64,000 nucleotides of DNA from Myxococcota bacterium (GTDB taxonomy: Bacteria > Myxococcota_A > SURF-8 > G963663525). Location: positions 32,001 to 96,000 of the forward strand of contig CAXXVK010000011.1 of assembly GCA_963676915.2 (NCBI GenBank), given 5' to 3'. Within the stretch, counting starts at the first letter, position 1. Every line of letters begins with the position of its first letter. Made by a program: the position numbers and the translations under genes. Shown here piece by piece: positions 19,304 to 28,612 of the stretch. The notes beneath the pieces were generated by a model. That model was not told the origin of the DNA, ran no database searches, and saw only the letters and a program-made list of their open reading frames with translations.

Positions 19304-19330
19304 GTAGGTCGGGCAAATTTCTTGCCCGAC
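19304..19330. repeat. REP singlet (GTAGGTCGGGCAAATTTCTTGCCCGAC), copy 2
   Basis: Identical to the left arm of 7099-7125. Lies between convergent genes. Confidence 0.85.
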
Positions 19331-19389
19331 CACCACGTAGAATCCATGTTTTTCTGAGAAAATAGCGACTACAACAAAAGCTTCTGTCT

Positions 19390-20124
19390 CTATCGTTCAC
19401 CTGGAGCATTTTGAGGAATACCCAGGGTCGAAGAAGAAAGCGCCGTGTAGAAATACAGGAAAATACAAACCGACAGCGGTGCCGTTACGAACACTCCTAT
19501 TACAAAGACTATCACCCCGAGAAGATTCAAGAAGAAAAGGGCGACGATCAGAAGGAAAAGTCCCCATTTATACCCTGACATCATTTCCCACGACCGGGAA
19601 AAGGCGTCCTGCACTCCCATGCCGTAATCGACGATCAGGAATGCAGCGAATTGCAGACCGAGTCCGATGATGATACCGGGAACGATCAGCAGAACTAAAC
19701 CGAAAATCACGGCAATTTGCATAATTATTGAGGCCAGAATTAAAGCGAAAAAGCGTTTCAGCCCCGAAAACACGAACATACTGTCAGGTTCCTCGCCGCG
19801 CATGGCACGAATCAACAACAGATTAGGACCGATGTGCAATGGGGCTAACAGATAACTGATGATCTGTTGCCATCCCATATTGGCGACCGGGTCGGCTTCG
19901 GGATCGGGACCGACCATATAGCTCAGAAACGCCATAACGCCGACAAAAAGAATCATTACAAATATTGCGCCATACACGAGACCGGTACGGGATTTGAAAA
20001 AATCCCAGCCTCCAGCAAAACAGACGCCGACCGACAAATCCGGGCGCTGTACCTGAAACGGCGGAGGATTGGGAATCGACGCTTGAGGGTTGTTAGGATC
20101 GGTGGGGTTTCCGTACTGGTCCAT
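19390..20124 (-). CDS. Integral membrane protein (DUF975-like)
   Basis: Pro-rich N-terminus, several TM helices, LIVPG and AFSRSWEMMSGYKW motifs. Confidence 0.7.
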   Translation of the reverse strand: MDQYGNPTDPNNPQASIPNPPPFQVQRPDLSVGVCFAGGWDFFKSRTGLVYGAIFVMILFVGVMAFLSYMVGPDPEADPVANMGWQQIISYLLAPLHIGPNLLLIRAMRGEEPDSMFVFSGLKRFFALILASIIMQIAVIFGLVLLIVPGIIIGLGLQFAAFLIVDYGMGVQDAFSRSWEMMSGYKWGLFLLIVALFFLNLLGVIVFVIGVFVTAPLSVCIFLYFYTALSSSTLGIPQNAPGER

Positions 20125-20235
20125 CGGGGTCTTCCTTTGAAAGTGGAACGAGAAGCCATTATCCCTGGTCAACGATGGAAATACAAGTTGTTTGCGATTG
20201 GGATATCTTTAAGTAACGCAATAGTTACCACGTTG

Positions 20236-20967
20236 TTATTTCTTTACAAGAAAACCGTGCAGCCAGCATAGAGCTTCGAGGCGGTAGCCTTCGGACATCC
20301 GCGCCGGACGCATCTCCGCCGGGGCTACGAGATCCAGTTGCATACCACCGATTCCCAGTCGCCAGCGTTCCAACATCTGTCCGGTGTGGAAATTGGCGAA
20401 AGGTGCGATTTCCAGCACTCTCCCAGCCACTTTATGATGGCAGTCACGGTCGAGCGAGACGAGAAACGATTCGTTGGTAACGACCTGACCTTCGGCGTCT
20501 TCTTTCAGGCGGATCACCGGCTCGCTGTCCATCTCGTCGGCTTCCAATACGAAACCGGCCACAGCAAGATCCAGATCCACTCCAACGGTGGGAAGATCTT
20601 TGAATTTCCACAGGTTGAGCAGCGAACAGCGGAACACGCCGGTTTCGGTGCGCAGCACGGCAACGACTTCGCCCGGTCGGTCGGGGTGTTTTTCGAGCCG
20701 ATACGCGGGAACCGTCTGAATCTGCTCGCTCACAAATCCTGCTTGACAGGAAACGATCGTAGGTTCGTCCTCGAATCCTCCCGGTTCGGCATCGGCGACC
20801 ACCCAGACATGCAGCCCACGTCCGGCATCCCATTCGAATGCGGCCGTTCCAAGACTTTTGCGCGTTCCTTTGTGAAACGTTCCGTTTTTAATGGCTTGAT
20901 GCGCCAGTTTTTTCAATTCGTCCGGTTGGCTGACATCGAATCCGGCGGCGAGAAAATGTGTACTCAT
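20236..20967 (-). CDS. Conserved hypothetical protein (possibly DUF3881-like)
   Basis: 243-aa ORF in the operon. N-terminal STHFLAAGF and C-terminal WLHG. The family guess is from memory. Confidence 0.6.
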   Translation of the reverse strand: MSTHFLAAGFDVSQPDELKKLAHQAIKNGTFHKGTRKSLGTAAFEWDAGRGLHVWVVADAEPGGFEDEPTIVSCQAGFVSEQIQTVPAYRLEKHPDRPGEVVAVLRTETGVFRCSLLNLWKFKDLPTVGVDLDLAVAGFVLEADEMDSEPVIRLKEDAEGQVVTNESFLVSLDRDCHHKVAGRVLEIAPFANFHTGQMLERWRLGIGGMQLDLVAPAEMRPARMSEGYRLEALCWLHGFLVKK

Positions 20968-20977
20968 CGTGTCGTTC

Positions 20978-21955
20978 TCAAGATTGCTTTGCGTCCGAAT
21001 TCAGTTTTCGGCGCGTTTCCTCCCATTGCAGGGTTTCGAAAAAGAGTTTTCGTTCCAGTTTCAGCAGTTCCTCTTCGGACAAACCATCGACAACATTGCG
21101 TTTTTCACCGCACAACAGGGTTGCCAGATGTTTTCCTGCGGCAAGACGGTTGTCATCAATCTCGCCTAAAGCGCGTCGGTTGTCGAGATCCAGAGCTATA
21201 GCCAAAGCTCCACCTGCGCCGGGAAGATCCAGCCGGTGGTTGGGTGGCGGATGATAGCCGTTGTGGAACATTTGCAAGGATTCCCGCACGGCCAGTGCCA
21301 GCAGATTGTCATGGGGTCCGGCGATGCTGTCCGAACGGGTCAGGTATCCGGCGTCGGACGCCGCTTTCGCGCCTTCGGCAACGCCGATATCGAACAGGGT
21401 ATCGAAAGCCTGCCGTGCATAAGCGAACGGTCCGCCTACGGTGGCCGTTGCGGCGAAGTTGATCATCAACTGAATGGTTCCGCCACCGATGGGAATCGTA
21501 CCTCGTTGGAGTTCCGTATAGCCTAAACGTCCGTTCTGGCTCATGCAGACTTTATCGCAGACCAACGCCAGCGTGCATCCCAACCCCAAAGCTTCGTCAT
21601 CGACGGCGGTGACGACGGGAAACGGCGCATATTTGAGCGACATCATCGTCTGTTGCACGTTTTGTATGAAATCGTCAACGGCATTTTCGGAGGATGATTG
21701 GGCCAGTTTCGACAGCAACGGGGCGCAGGTTGGAAAACTGCCGTTTTCGGCGAACAGGACCAATCCTTCGATGGTTGTTTTTTTGCAAAAAGCGATGACT
21801 TCATTCAAAAATGTCGGCGTTTCCTCGTTGAAAGCAACGCTTTGTTGCTCTCCGATGGCATGAAAACGAAGACCGGCAATACGACTTCCGAGATCCAGAA
21901 GATCGGCGAAAGCATTTTCCAGGTGCACGGTGGCGTTTTCCGGTGCGGATGTCAT
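20978..21955 (-). CDS. FadN C-terminal-like enoyl-CoA hydratase domain protein (degenerate motifs)
   Basis: LLDLGSRIAGLRFH, LKYAPFPVV, ALGLGCTL, GYTELQRGTIPIGGG and LLKLERKLF resemble the crotonase half of FadN. No NAD-binding domain. Confidence 0.72.
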   Translation of the reverse strand: MTSAPENATVHLENAFADLLDLGSRIAGLRFHAIGEQQSVAFNEETPTFLNEVIAFCKKTTIEGLVLFAENGSFPTCAPLLSKLAQSSSENAVDDFIQNVQQTMMSLKYAPFPVVTAVDDEALGLGCTLALVCDKVCMSQNGRLGYTELQRGTIPIGGGTIQLMINFAATATVGGPFAYARQAFDTLFDIGVAEGAKAASDAGYLTRSDSIAGPHDNLLALAVRESLQMFHNGYHPPPNHRLDLPGAGGALAIALDLDNRRALGEIDDNRLAAGKHLATLLCGEKRNVVDGLSEEELLKLERKLFFETLQWEETRRKLNSDAKQS

Positions 21956-21977
21956 AACGCGAAGCCCCTTCCCGTGC

Positions 21978-23138
21978 TTAGGGTTTTTCCAACAAAATCG
22001 CCGAACCCATGCCGCCGATGGCGGGAAGGGCAGCGAGGCCGTATTTTCCCGAGTCCTCTTGGACCAGCCTATGAACCAGTGTGACGACGAGCCGTGCGCC
22101 CGCACTACCCAGTCCATGACCCAAGGCGATTCCTCCGCCTCGTCGGTTCAATCGCCTGTCGTCAGGGTCGAGGCCGAGTTCCATCAAGCACCCCAGCACT
22201 TGCGCGGCACTGGTTTCGTGCAACTCGATCGGTCCGGCTGCGGAAATTTCCACACCATTGTGCAGCAGAACGTCACCCAGGGATTCGCTGGCGCTCAAGC
22301 CCATGTATTCGGCGGGAACGCCTGCATTGGCAAAGCCTTTGATTCTGGCGAGAATCGGCAGTTCGTGTGTTTTGGCGTAGCCTTCTTCAGCCAGGACAAG
22401 TACTGCGGCGGCGTCGCAATACGGAGCGCTGTTGCCTCGGGTTACGGTTCCCCCGGCCAGAAAAGCCGGTTTGAATTCTTCCAACTCGTCCGGTGAGGCG
22501 TGGTCGATGATGTCGTCTCGATCCACCGGATTATCAGAGGATGCGTCGCAAGTACTGGAAAACGGAAGGATTTCGTTCGAGAACATCCCTTCATCCCTTG
22601 CATGACCGGCTTTGAGATAGCTGAAACGGGCGTAATCGTCCTGTTCGTCTCGTGTGATGCCGAAACGACGAGCCAGATTTTCGGCAGCGATACCGGCAGG
22701 AATATAAGCCTCCGGGTAAACCTCCATCAGTCGTGGCGACGGGCTGGGATTCCATCCGCCGATGGGAATCCGGCTCATCGATTCCACGCCTCCCGCCAGA
22801 GCGATACGCTCGCCCCCGGCCTTGATGGACAGGTAAGCGAATTCAAGGGCGGACATCGACGAGCAGTCCAGACTGTTGATTGTGGCCGAGAATACCTGCT
22901 TGGGCAATCCGGCGGCAATGGTGCAGGTTCGGGCAAGGTTCATCCCCTGTTCACTTTCCTGCAACGCACAACCGACGAAAAACCGCCCGATCCGTTTCAC
23001 ATCCAGTCCCGGAACCGATTCCAGTGTTCCGAGCAGGATTCCTGTCAGCAACTCGTCCGGTCGGCAATTTCCCCAGGCACCGGTTTTCGGTTTTCCAATG
23101 GCCGAACGCTTGGCGGCGACCAGAACCACGTCACTCAT
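21978..23138 (-). CDS. Thiolase-family protein with substituted catalytic residues
   Basis: KRSAIGK, GGVESMS, GNSAPYCDAAA and GGGIALGHGLGSAG. Catalytic Cys positions are altered. Confidence 0.85.
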   Translation of the reverse strand: MSDVVLVAAKRSAIGKPKTGAWGNCRPDELLTGILLGTLESVPGLDVKRIGRFFVGCALQESEQGMNLARTCTIAAGLPKQVFSATINSLDCSSMSALEFAYLSIKAGGERIALAGGVESMSRIPIGGWNPSPSPRLMEVYPEAYIPAGIAAENLARRFGITRDEQDDYARFSYLKAGHARDEGMFSNEILPFSSTCDASSDNPVDRDDIIDHASPDELEEFKPAFLAGGTVTRGNSAPYCDAAAVLVLAEEGYAKTHELPILARIKGFANAGVPAEYMGLSASESLGDVLLHNGVEISAAGPIELHETSAAQVLGCLMELGLDPDDRRLNRRGGGIALGHGLGSAGARLVVTLVHRLVQEDSGKYGLAALPAIGGMGSAILLEKP

Positions 23139-23344
23139 GTATTCCTCCCCTGTTCACGACCGGTAACTCTTAAAAAACGTTGTAAATTCAACCGGTCCCG
23201 AAGGTCAATACGTCTTGTCCCCAAAAATCTGAAAAACAGTGTATCATATTAACAAAAGTTCTAAAAAACGATCTTCTTTAAAAAAAGAGTTCTCAATAAT
23301 TGAGGATGATACCATTTCGCTATCAAGTATCGAAAACATCTTGC

Positions 23345-23406
23345 GGTCGGGCAAATTTCTTGCCCGACTATGCCAAAGTGTCGGGCTAAAAATTAGCCCG
23401 ACCTAC
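23345..23406. repeat. REPIN-like doublet, copy 3 (inverted relative to copy 1)
   Basis: GGTCGGGCAAATTTCTTGCCCGAC-spacer-GTCGGGCTAAAAATTAGCCCGACCTAC. The spacer matches the reverse complement of the copy-1 spacer. Confidence 0.85.
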
Positions 23407-23731
23407 TACTACTAGGATGTGAATTTTTTGTAGGAAAATAGCAAGTCGGATGATTTCACCAGACATAAGCATAAGACATCGTTTAAGACATTGTTGTCCT
23501 TTCAACAAGAGAGAAAATTTCTTTTATTTCAAAGACTTTTTGCAGATTAATTGGAAAAACGATCCTCCCGTGCGAAAATAATCGGGATTGATTGCAAATA
23601 GGGGGACGTCTTGGTTTTTCATGATAAAATCTCTGTAAGCAAAGGATTTTTACACTCCAAGGAAAGCCAAGTCGCTTAAAATCTTCGTGTGGGGTGATTG
23701 ACTGCAACGCACTGGAAAGAGAGAGTACATC

Positions 23732-24394
23732 ATGAATCATCGGTTACTATTCATCGGCTTGTTGTTTTCCATGTTTTTCAGCGCTTGTGGTTTTTTGGAA
23801 GACGACGCCGAGGACAAAAGCGGATTGGGAGAAGCCTGTGTGGAATCCACCGATTGCAAGGCCGGACTGATCTGCAAAAACCAGATCTGTGTGGAAGAGG
23901 AACAGAATCAGGAGGGCGACGAAGATACGGAAGCCGAAGTGCTTGAAAACGAACAGGAAAACGAGGGAGACGCCGAACTCGTCTGGCAGAATCCCGCCGC
24001 GCTCGACCAAATGAAATGGCAGGAGGCGATGGACTACTGCGAAGCTCTGGTGCTCGATGAATCCGAGAACTGGAGACTGCCGACCATCGGGGAACTTCGA
24101 ACACTGGTAAGGGGCTGCGATGCGGTCGTTTCGGGGGGATCTTGTCTCTTGAACGACACCTGCTATGCCTCGAATTGTCGTAACGACGATTGCGACGGAT
24201 GTGCCGAAAACGAAGGCCCGGAAGACGGTTGTTACTGGCAAAGCGGTTTGGAAGGAATCTGCCTGGGATATTGGTCTTCGACCAGCGTCGAAAACGACGA
24301 CGAAAAAGCCTGGTTGCTCGGCTTCGGTTCGGCTGTTATATATTACGGGTCCGGGAAAGAAACCTACAATGGCAACGTTCGTTGCGTGCGGTGA
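23732..24394 (+). CDS. Lipoprotein with Cys-rich motif and DUF1566 (Lcl) domain
   Basis: Lipobox FSAC, then LVWQ...WQEAMDYC...WRLPTIGELRTL...YWSST...VRCVR. Confidence 0.85.
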   Translation: MNHRLLFIGLLFSMFFSACGFLEDDAEDKSGLGEACVESTDCKAGLICKNQICVEEEQNQEGDEDTEAEVLENEQENEGDAELVWQNPAALDQMKWQEAMDYCEALVLDESENWRLPTIGELRTLVRGCDAVVSGGSCLLNDTCYASNCRNDDCDGCAENEGPEDGCYWQSGLEGICLGYWSSTSVENDDEKAWLLGFGSAVIYYGSGKETYNGNVRCVR

Positions 24395-24395
24395 C

Positions 24396-25898
24396 ATGAC
24401 GCGATTTTTCCTGAACATGTGGATCTTTTGCGCTTTGTTGGGACTCGTGGGGTGTGTCTCCGATGATTCCTACGAAGATCATTCGATGATCGTCGATTCG
24501 GACTCGCCATCAGGTGACGAGGATTCGGAGGCGTTTCAGGAGTCTGCGGACGAGGATCAAAGCGGAGAAAAGCCGTCAGGTTCGTCCTGTCAATTCGGCT
24601 ACGACTTTCAATACGACCGAAAAGCCGCACCGATCCTTCCACCGGATGGGTATTCGTTGATACGCCCCGATTCGCCCGGCGCGGTCGTCTACCCCGAGCC
24701 AGCACCGCCTGGCTTCCGGACTCTCAAAGCGAAATCCGGGAGGGCGTCGGATCTGGTGATGCCGATATCTACCGATGATATGCCGAAATTCGAGCGTGGA
24801 TTCGATTGGGAAGGAGAGAGCCGTTGCTATGAACTGGACGGCGCTGCACAGTACCTGGATGAGGAAGAAGCCTTCGATCTATACGCCGATATTTTGGTTA
24901 AAATGTTTCAATGGCCTATCGACAGTCAGCCCGAACAACGGACGGTACTGGGATTGCGGGGCGCGTATCCCGGAACGTTTGCCTGGCATGGCAACCGCCC
25001 CAATCGTTTCAATGATACGTTGGTTTTGTTGTGGATGGACGATCTAAGGATCAAACATGTACGCGAATTCGCCGGACATACCGATACAGGACCGGTGGAT
25101 TTCGGTGCGGACAGTTCCTCCTCGTTGATTCCCAATCGTCGCTATCAGTATGCCAACGGTTGGCATCGTGGTTACAACGCCTTGCAGATCGATGAATGGA
25201 ACTACATGGTGCGCAACGACACCAACCACAACGGTTACTGGGACAGCGATCGGAATGGGTGGTTGCCACCGGACGGAGATGATTATTATCGGATCGGTTC
25301 GGCCCACAATATTCATTTTGCCAGTGTCGATGCCCCGCTTTTCACCGCGCCGGTCGATTACGCGTCGGCAGGATGTCAGGTCATTCCGGGGATTGTCAAT
25401 TGGACCGAGTTTATCCTGAACGCCTGGACCGGCGAGGGAGATCCGATCGATTACTTTCTCGTGGATGTCCGCGATATTCCGCAAGACGTCTGGAATCCCT
25501 GTGACGAGCCGGACGGTAGCCATGCGTGTCCATACCTCATCGATTCGCTGCCCGCTACGTTGGTTGGAGATACCTCCGAATCCACGCAAAAAGCCTTCGA
25601 TTCCTACAATTGCGAGCCTTCGACCGACGAGAGCGGTCCCGAGATCGTGTATGTATTACTTTTGGAAACCAGCGGAACATTGCAGGCCCACATCTTCGTT
25701 GACGACGAGGACTCGGTTGACCCGGATCTTCATCTTCTCGAAGGGGACGACGCCGACGCCTGCCGGGCGCGGGGGCACCAGTCTATTGAAGTCGAAGTCT
25801 GGCCCGGACGCTACATCCTTATCGTGGATACCTGGGTTGACGAAGCCGGTCGGGAGTATCCCGGTCCCTACCGATTGGAACTCGATCTCCTGCAATAG
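24396..25898 (+). CDS. Lipoprotein with L,D-transpeptidase-like Cys/His domain and C-terminal PPC-like domain
   Basis: Lipobox LVGC, LGLRG...NRFNDT...HNIH...SAGCQV, then SGPEIVY...DPDLHL...PGRYILIVD. ATG 24396 lies just after the previous stop. Confidence 0.7.
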   Translation: MTRFFLNMWIFCALLGLVGCVSDDSYEDHSMIVDSDSPSGDEDSEAFQESADEDQSGEKPSGSSCQFGYDFQYDRKAAPILPPDGYSLIRPDSPGAVVYPEPAPPGFRTLKAKSGRASDLVMPISTDDMPKFERGFDWEGESRCYELDGAAQYLDEEEAFDLYADILVKMFQWPIDSQPEQRTVLGLRGAYPGTFAWHGNRPNRFNDTLVLLWMDDLRIKHVREFAGHTDTGPVDFGADSSSSLIPNRRYQYANGWHRGYNALQIDEWNYMVRNDTNHNGYWDSDRNGWLPPDGDDYYRIGSAHNIHFASVDAPLFTAPVDYASAGCQVIPGIVNWTEFILNAWTGEGDPIDYFLVDVRDIPQDVWNPCDEPDGSHACPYLIDSLPATLVGDTSESTQKAFDSYNCEPSTDESGPEIVYVLLLETSGTLQAHIFVDDEDSVDPDLHLLEGDDADACRARGHQSIEVEVWPGRYILIVDTWVDEAGREYPGPYRLELDLLQ

Positions 25899-25905
25899 AT
25901 CCGAT

Positions 25906-28212
25906 TTAGTGTTGATTCTGGACCGAAACAGAGCGGTTTCGTACGAGCAAGATCAGTCCCAGCGTGATAACGACGGCGAGCAGCCATGCAGCACGGAACC
26001 CCTGACTCAGCGCAATCGATGTCGCGCCCAACGACCCTAAAACGGAAGCCACGCCGTTCAAACCCCAGAAAAAGGGAATCGCTTCTCCCAACTGTTTTTC
26101 GGCACGTCGCAGGCCAAGAGGCATCGGCATTCCCAGCAGGAAGGATAGCGGGAACAGCAATACGAAAACGATCGTCATTTTCAGAGCGGGATCAAGGGGC
26201 ATCAAGGCTCGGTAAACAGGTCCGAGGCCGAATGCATATAAAAGCCCCAGGCCGGAAATCGCCGCGAAAATCCACTGAAGTTTTTCAAACAGGTTTTGCT
26301 TCAGACGCCGTGAGAAAAAGCTTCCCGTTCCGGCACCGACCAGCATGGTAAACAGAACCACCGACAAAGAAAGCGTGGGGTAGCCTAAAAACAGAATGGA
26401 TTTCTGCATTACGGCGATTTGAATCAATGTGAAATTGATCCCGATCAGTAGAAAATAGGCGAGCATCGTGCCGAGTTCTTCTTTGGCTACGCCGGGCACC
26501 AGACGGCGGCGAAATCCGTAAAGAAACAGGCCACATAGCAAGGCTGCGGCAAATACAGCCAAGGTCGCCAGATGGATGGTTTTGGTCAGATCGTAGTTGT
26601 ATCGGAAGAAAAACGGTTTGTCGTCCGTGCACGGACTCAAGTCGATGTTCGACAAGACGAGCGAGGACGGTGATTTCGCGATTTTGAGCAATTGCGGATC
26701 GGTTACGACACCATGGAGATGCAAAGGTCGTCCCTGCCGGAGTTTCGCTTGATACTCAAGCGTTTTGGCAACGGCTATGGGTGGAGGATCCTTGAACAGC
26801 ATCGTCACGAATATTCCGGGGCCGTCGTCTCCTTTGATGAAAAACGAAGAGACGTGCTTTAGCGCTTCGTCTGCGGACATTCCTTTGGATCGAAGCATCT
26901 CGATCAAGGTGGAAAGATATTTGTAGAGCAGCGTATCGAGATGGGTGACCATCACCATACGCCCGCCCGGCTTCAGGTGGTCGAAATAGGTACCTGCCGC
27001 TTCGACCGTGTACAGGTAGTCCTCGACGAAAGCCAGGTCTTTGAAATCGCCGGTGATACTTTGAACGAAAAACAGATAAATCACATCCCAGGATTCGTTT
27101 TTCGCTCGTGTCACGAAGCTGCGGCCATCTTCCACATGGAGGTTGACACGGTCGAACTGCAATACGCCGCCATTGAAATCGCGGTCCGCCAGACTGGCGC
27201 GGACGACACCGGGATTGATCTCGACGGCATCGATGTTCTTTGCGTTTCCCAGCAGAGACAGCCAGATATCCTTTCCGGCCCCGGAACCGATGCAACAGAC
27301 GTCTTCAGCCGATCCGACCGTAAACGCAAGATAGCCCGGTTCGTTTCTCAACAGGGAAAGTTCATCGATGTTACCGGAAAATCGGGTGACATTCGTCGGC
27401 GTAGCGCCATTGATGAAGATATGTTTGAATGGAGGGTTGGCCGCCTGATAGTGGATGACATCCACACGAGAAAACTCGTCCCAGTAGCTTAAATCTTCCT
27501 CCCATTTAGGTTGCAATCCCTCGGCACGCACTTGTTTCATGTAACCATTGAGATTCTTGAACCGGGTTACGTCGAGATCGAACAGCGTCGTGGTATAACT
27601 AAGCGTAACGACAACAATTCCCAGAACTGTAACGGTAGCGCTTGCCAAAGCCCACCGGGTAAGGCGGCGACCTTCTTCTGGAAACAAAAACGCCGATAAC
27701 GTTGCCAGAATCGAGGTGGCCAGTACGGTTCGAATGCCTCCATCCAGATAACGTAAAAACAGGAGTACCACGAGGCAGCCCATGGCGGCTCCGAGAAGAT
27801 CGAACGCATAAAGCGGCGAGGCTAGAGAAGCATGACTTCGGAACAGGTGGCTTAAAACGATTCCGGCGAGGAAAAACGGTGCCAGCATGACGAGAAGAAA
27901 AGGCAGCCAGTACTGGGTGATATCGGTTTGGATCAGTAGAAAAATGTATAAAATCAACGAGATAGGAAACAACACTGTTGCCCATCGGACAACGAGCAAG
28001 CTTTTTGCCCATGGGCGCTGGATTCGTCGAACCAGAAAGAGGGCGAACCCGCCGGCACCCAGCCCGAAGATCGTCAGCGAGACGGCCAGAAAAGCCATAT
28101 GATAGCCGGTCGTGGCGGCGAGAATTCTTGATAACCCGACCTCGTAGGCGAGAACGGACATCGAAAGCAGATAAATCGTGATGTAGAGGCGCAGGCGATA
28201 GGAAGTATTCAT
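25906..28212 (-). CDS. Membrane-fused spermidine-synthase-like class I SAM-dependent protein
   Basis: N- and C-terminal TM blocks flank IGSGAGKD, AVEINP, EDGRSF and YLYTVEA...HLKPGG. Confidence 0.85.
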   Translation of the reverse strand: MNTSYRLRLYITIYLLSMSVLAYEVGLSRILAATTGYHMAFLAVSLTIFGLGAGGFALFLVRRIQRPWAKSLLVVRWATVLFPISLILYIFLLIQTDITQYWLPFLLVMLAPFFLAGIVLSHLFRSHASLASPLYAFDLLGAAMGCLVVLLFLRYLDGGIRTVLATSILATLSAFLFPEEGRRLTRWALASATVTVLGIVVVTLSYTTTLFDLDVTRFKNLNGYMKQVRAEGLQPKWEEDLSYWDEFSRVDVIHYQAANPPFKHIFINGATPTNVTRFSGNIDELSLLRNEPGYLAFTVGSAEDVCCIGSGAGKDIWLSLLGNAKNIDAVEINPGVVRASLADRDFNGGVLQFDRVNLHVEDGRSFVTRAKNESWDVIYLFFVQSITGDFKDLAFVEDYLYTVEAAGTYFDHLKPGGRMVMVTHLDTLLYKYLSTLIEMLRSKGMSADEALKHVSSFFIKGDDGPGIFVTMLFKDPPPIAVAKTLEYQAKLRQGRPLHLHGVVTDPQLLKIAKSPSSLVLSNIDLSPCTDDKPFFFRYNYDLTKTIHLATLAVFAAALLCGLFLYGFRRRLVPGVAKEELGTMLAYFLLIGINFTLIQIAVMQKSILFLGYPTLSLSVVLFTMLVGAGTGSFFSRRLKQNLFEKLQWIFAAISGLGLLYAFGLGPVYRALMPLDPALKMTIVFVLLFPLSFLLGMPMPLGLRRAEKQLGEAIPFFWGLNGVASVLGSLGATSIALSQGFRAAWLLAVVITLGLILLVRNRSVSVQNQH

Positions 28213-28373
28213 GGCAGATCAGTCGTTTTCACGGTCAGGGTCGGTGTTTTCAGTCGGTCGGACGACTCGATCTGAAAATCCCAGAAACTTTCTCCCGTCA
28301 TCATCATGACGGCAATCCATGCTGCGACCAGCAGAGCTATAGCGCCGGTGATACATTTGCTTTCCAGATCCAA
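28209..28373 (-). CDS. Unannotated 54-aa single-TM small protein
   Basis: GGGGAG RBS, TTG start, MDLESKCITGAIALLVAAWIAVMMMTGESFWDFQIESSDRLKTPTLTVKTTDLP. The stop overlaps the next ATG (ATGA). Confidence 0.6.
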   Translation of the reverse strand: MDLESKCITGAIALLVAAWIAVMMMTGESFWDFQIESSDRLKTPTLTVKTTDLP

Positions 28374-28612
28374 GTTTTTTTCTCCCCTGGTTTTATTTTC
28401 TTATCAATGAAGCATGTATGTAAGTGCCAAGTGATAGAAATTCCAGTGTTTTTTTCGAAGAACGATTCGTTGGAACAGTTTCGTTCGATACTAAAACCAC
28501 ATGAGGAATTTATCTGAAAACGGCGTGGAAAATCCTCGGAAGAAAACCCACCCTTAGTATAATAAATAGCTTTGAACATCGAGGCTGTCAACACAAGATC
28601 CGTGGATCGCAT

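Noticed and set aside
7097-23406. CRISPR array from the repeated palindromes
   Set aside because: The copies are dispersed or inverted doublets without regularly spaced unique spacers, and no cas genes are present.
28209-28612. RiPP precursor for the B12 radical SAM enzyme
   Set aside because: The only credible small ORF is a TM-type peptide with no leader/core pattern, and no peptidase or transporter is nearby. The 91-aa ORF 28337-28612 has no RBS or coding features I can support.
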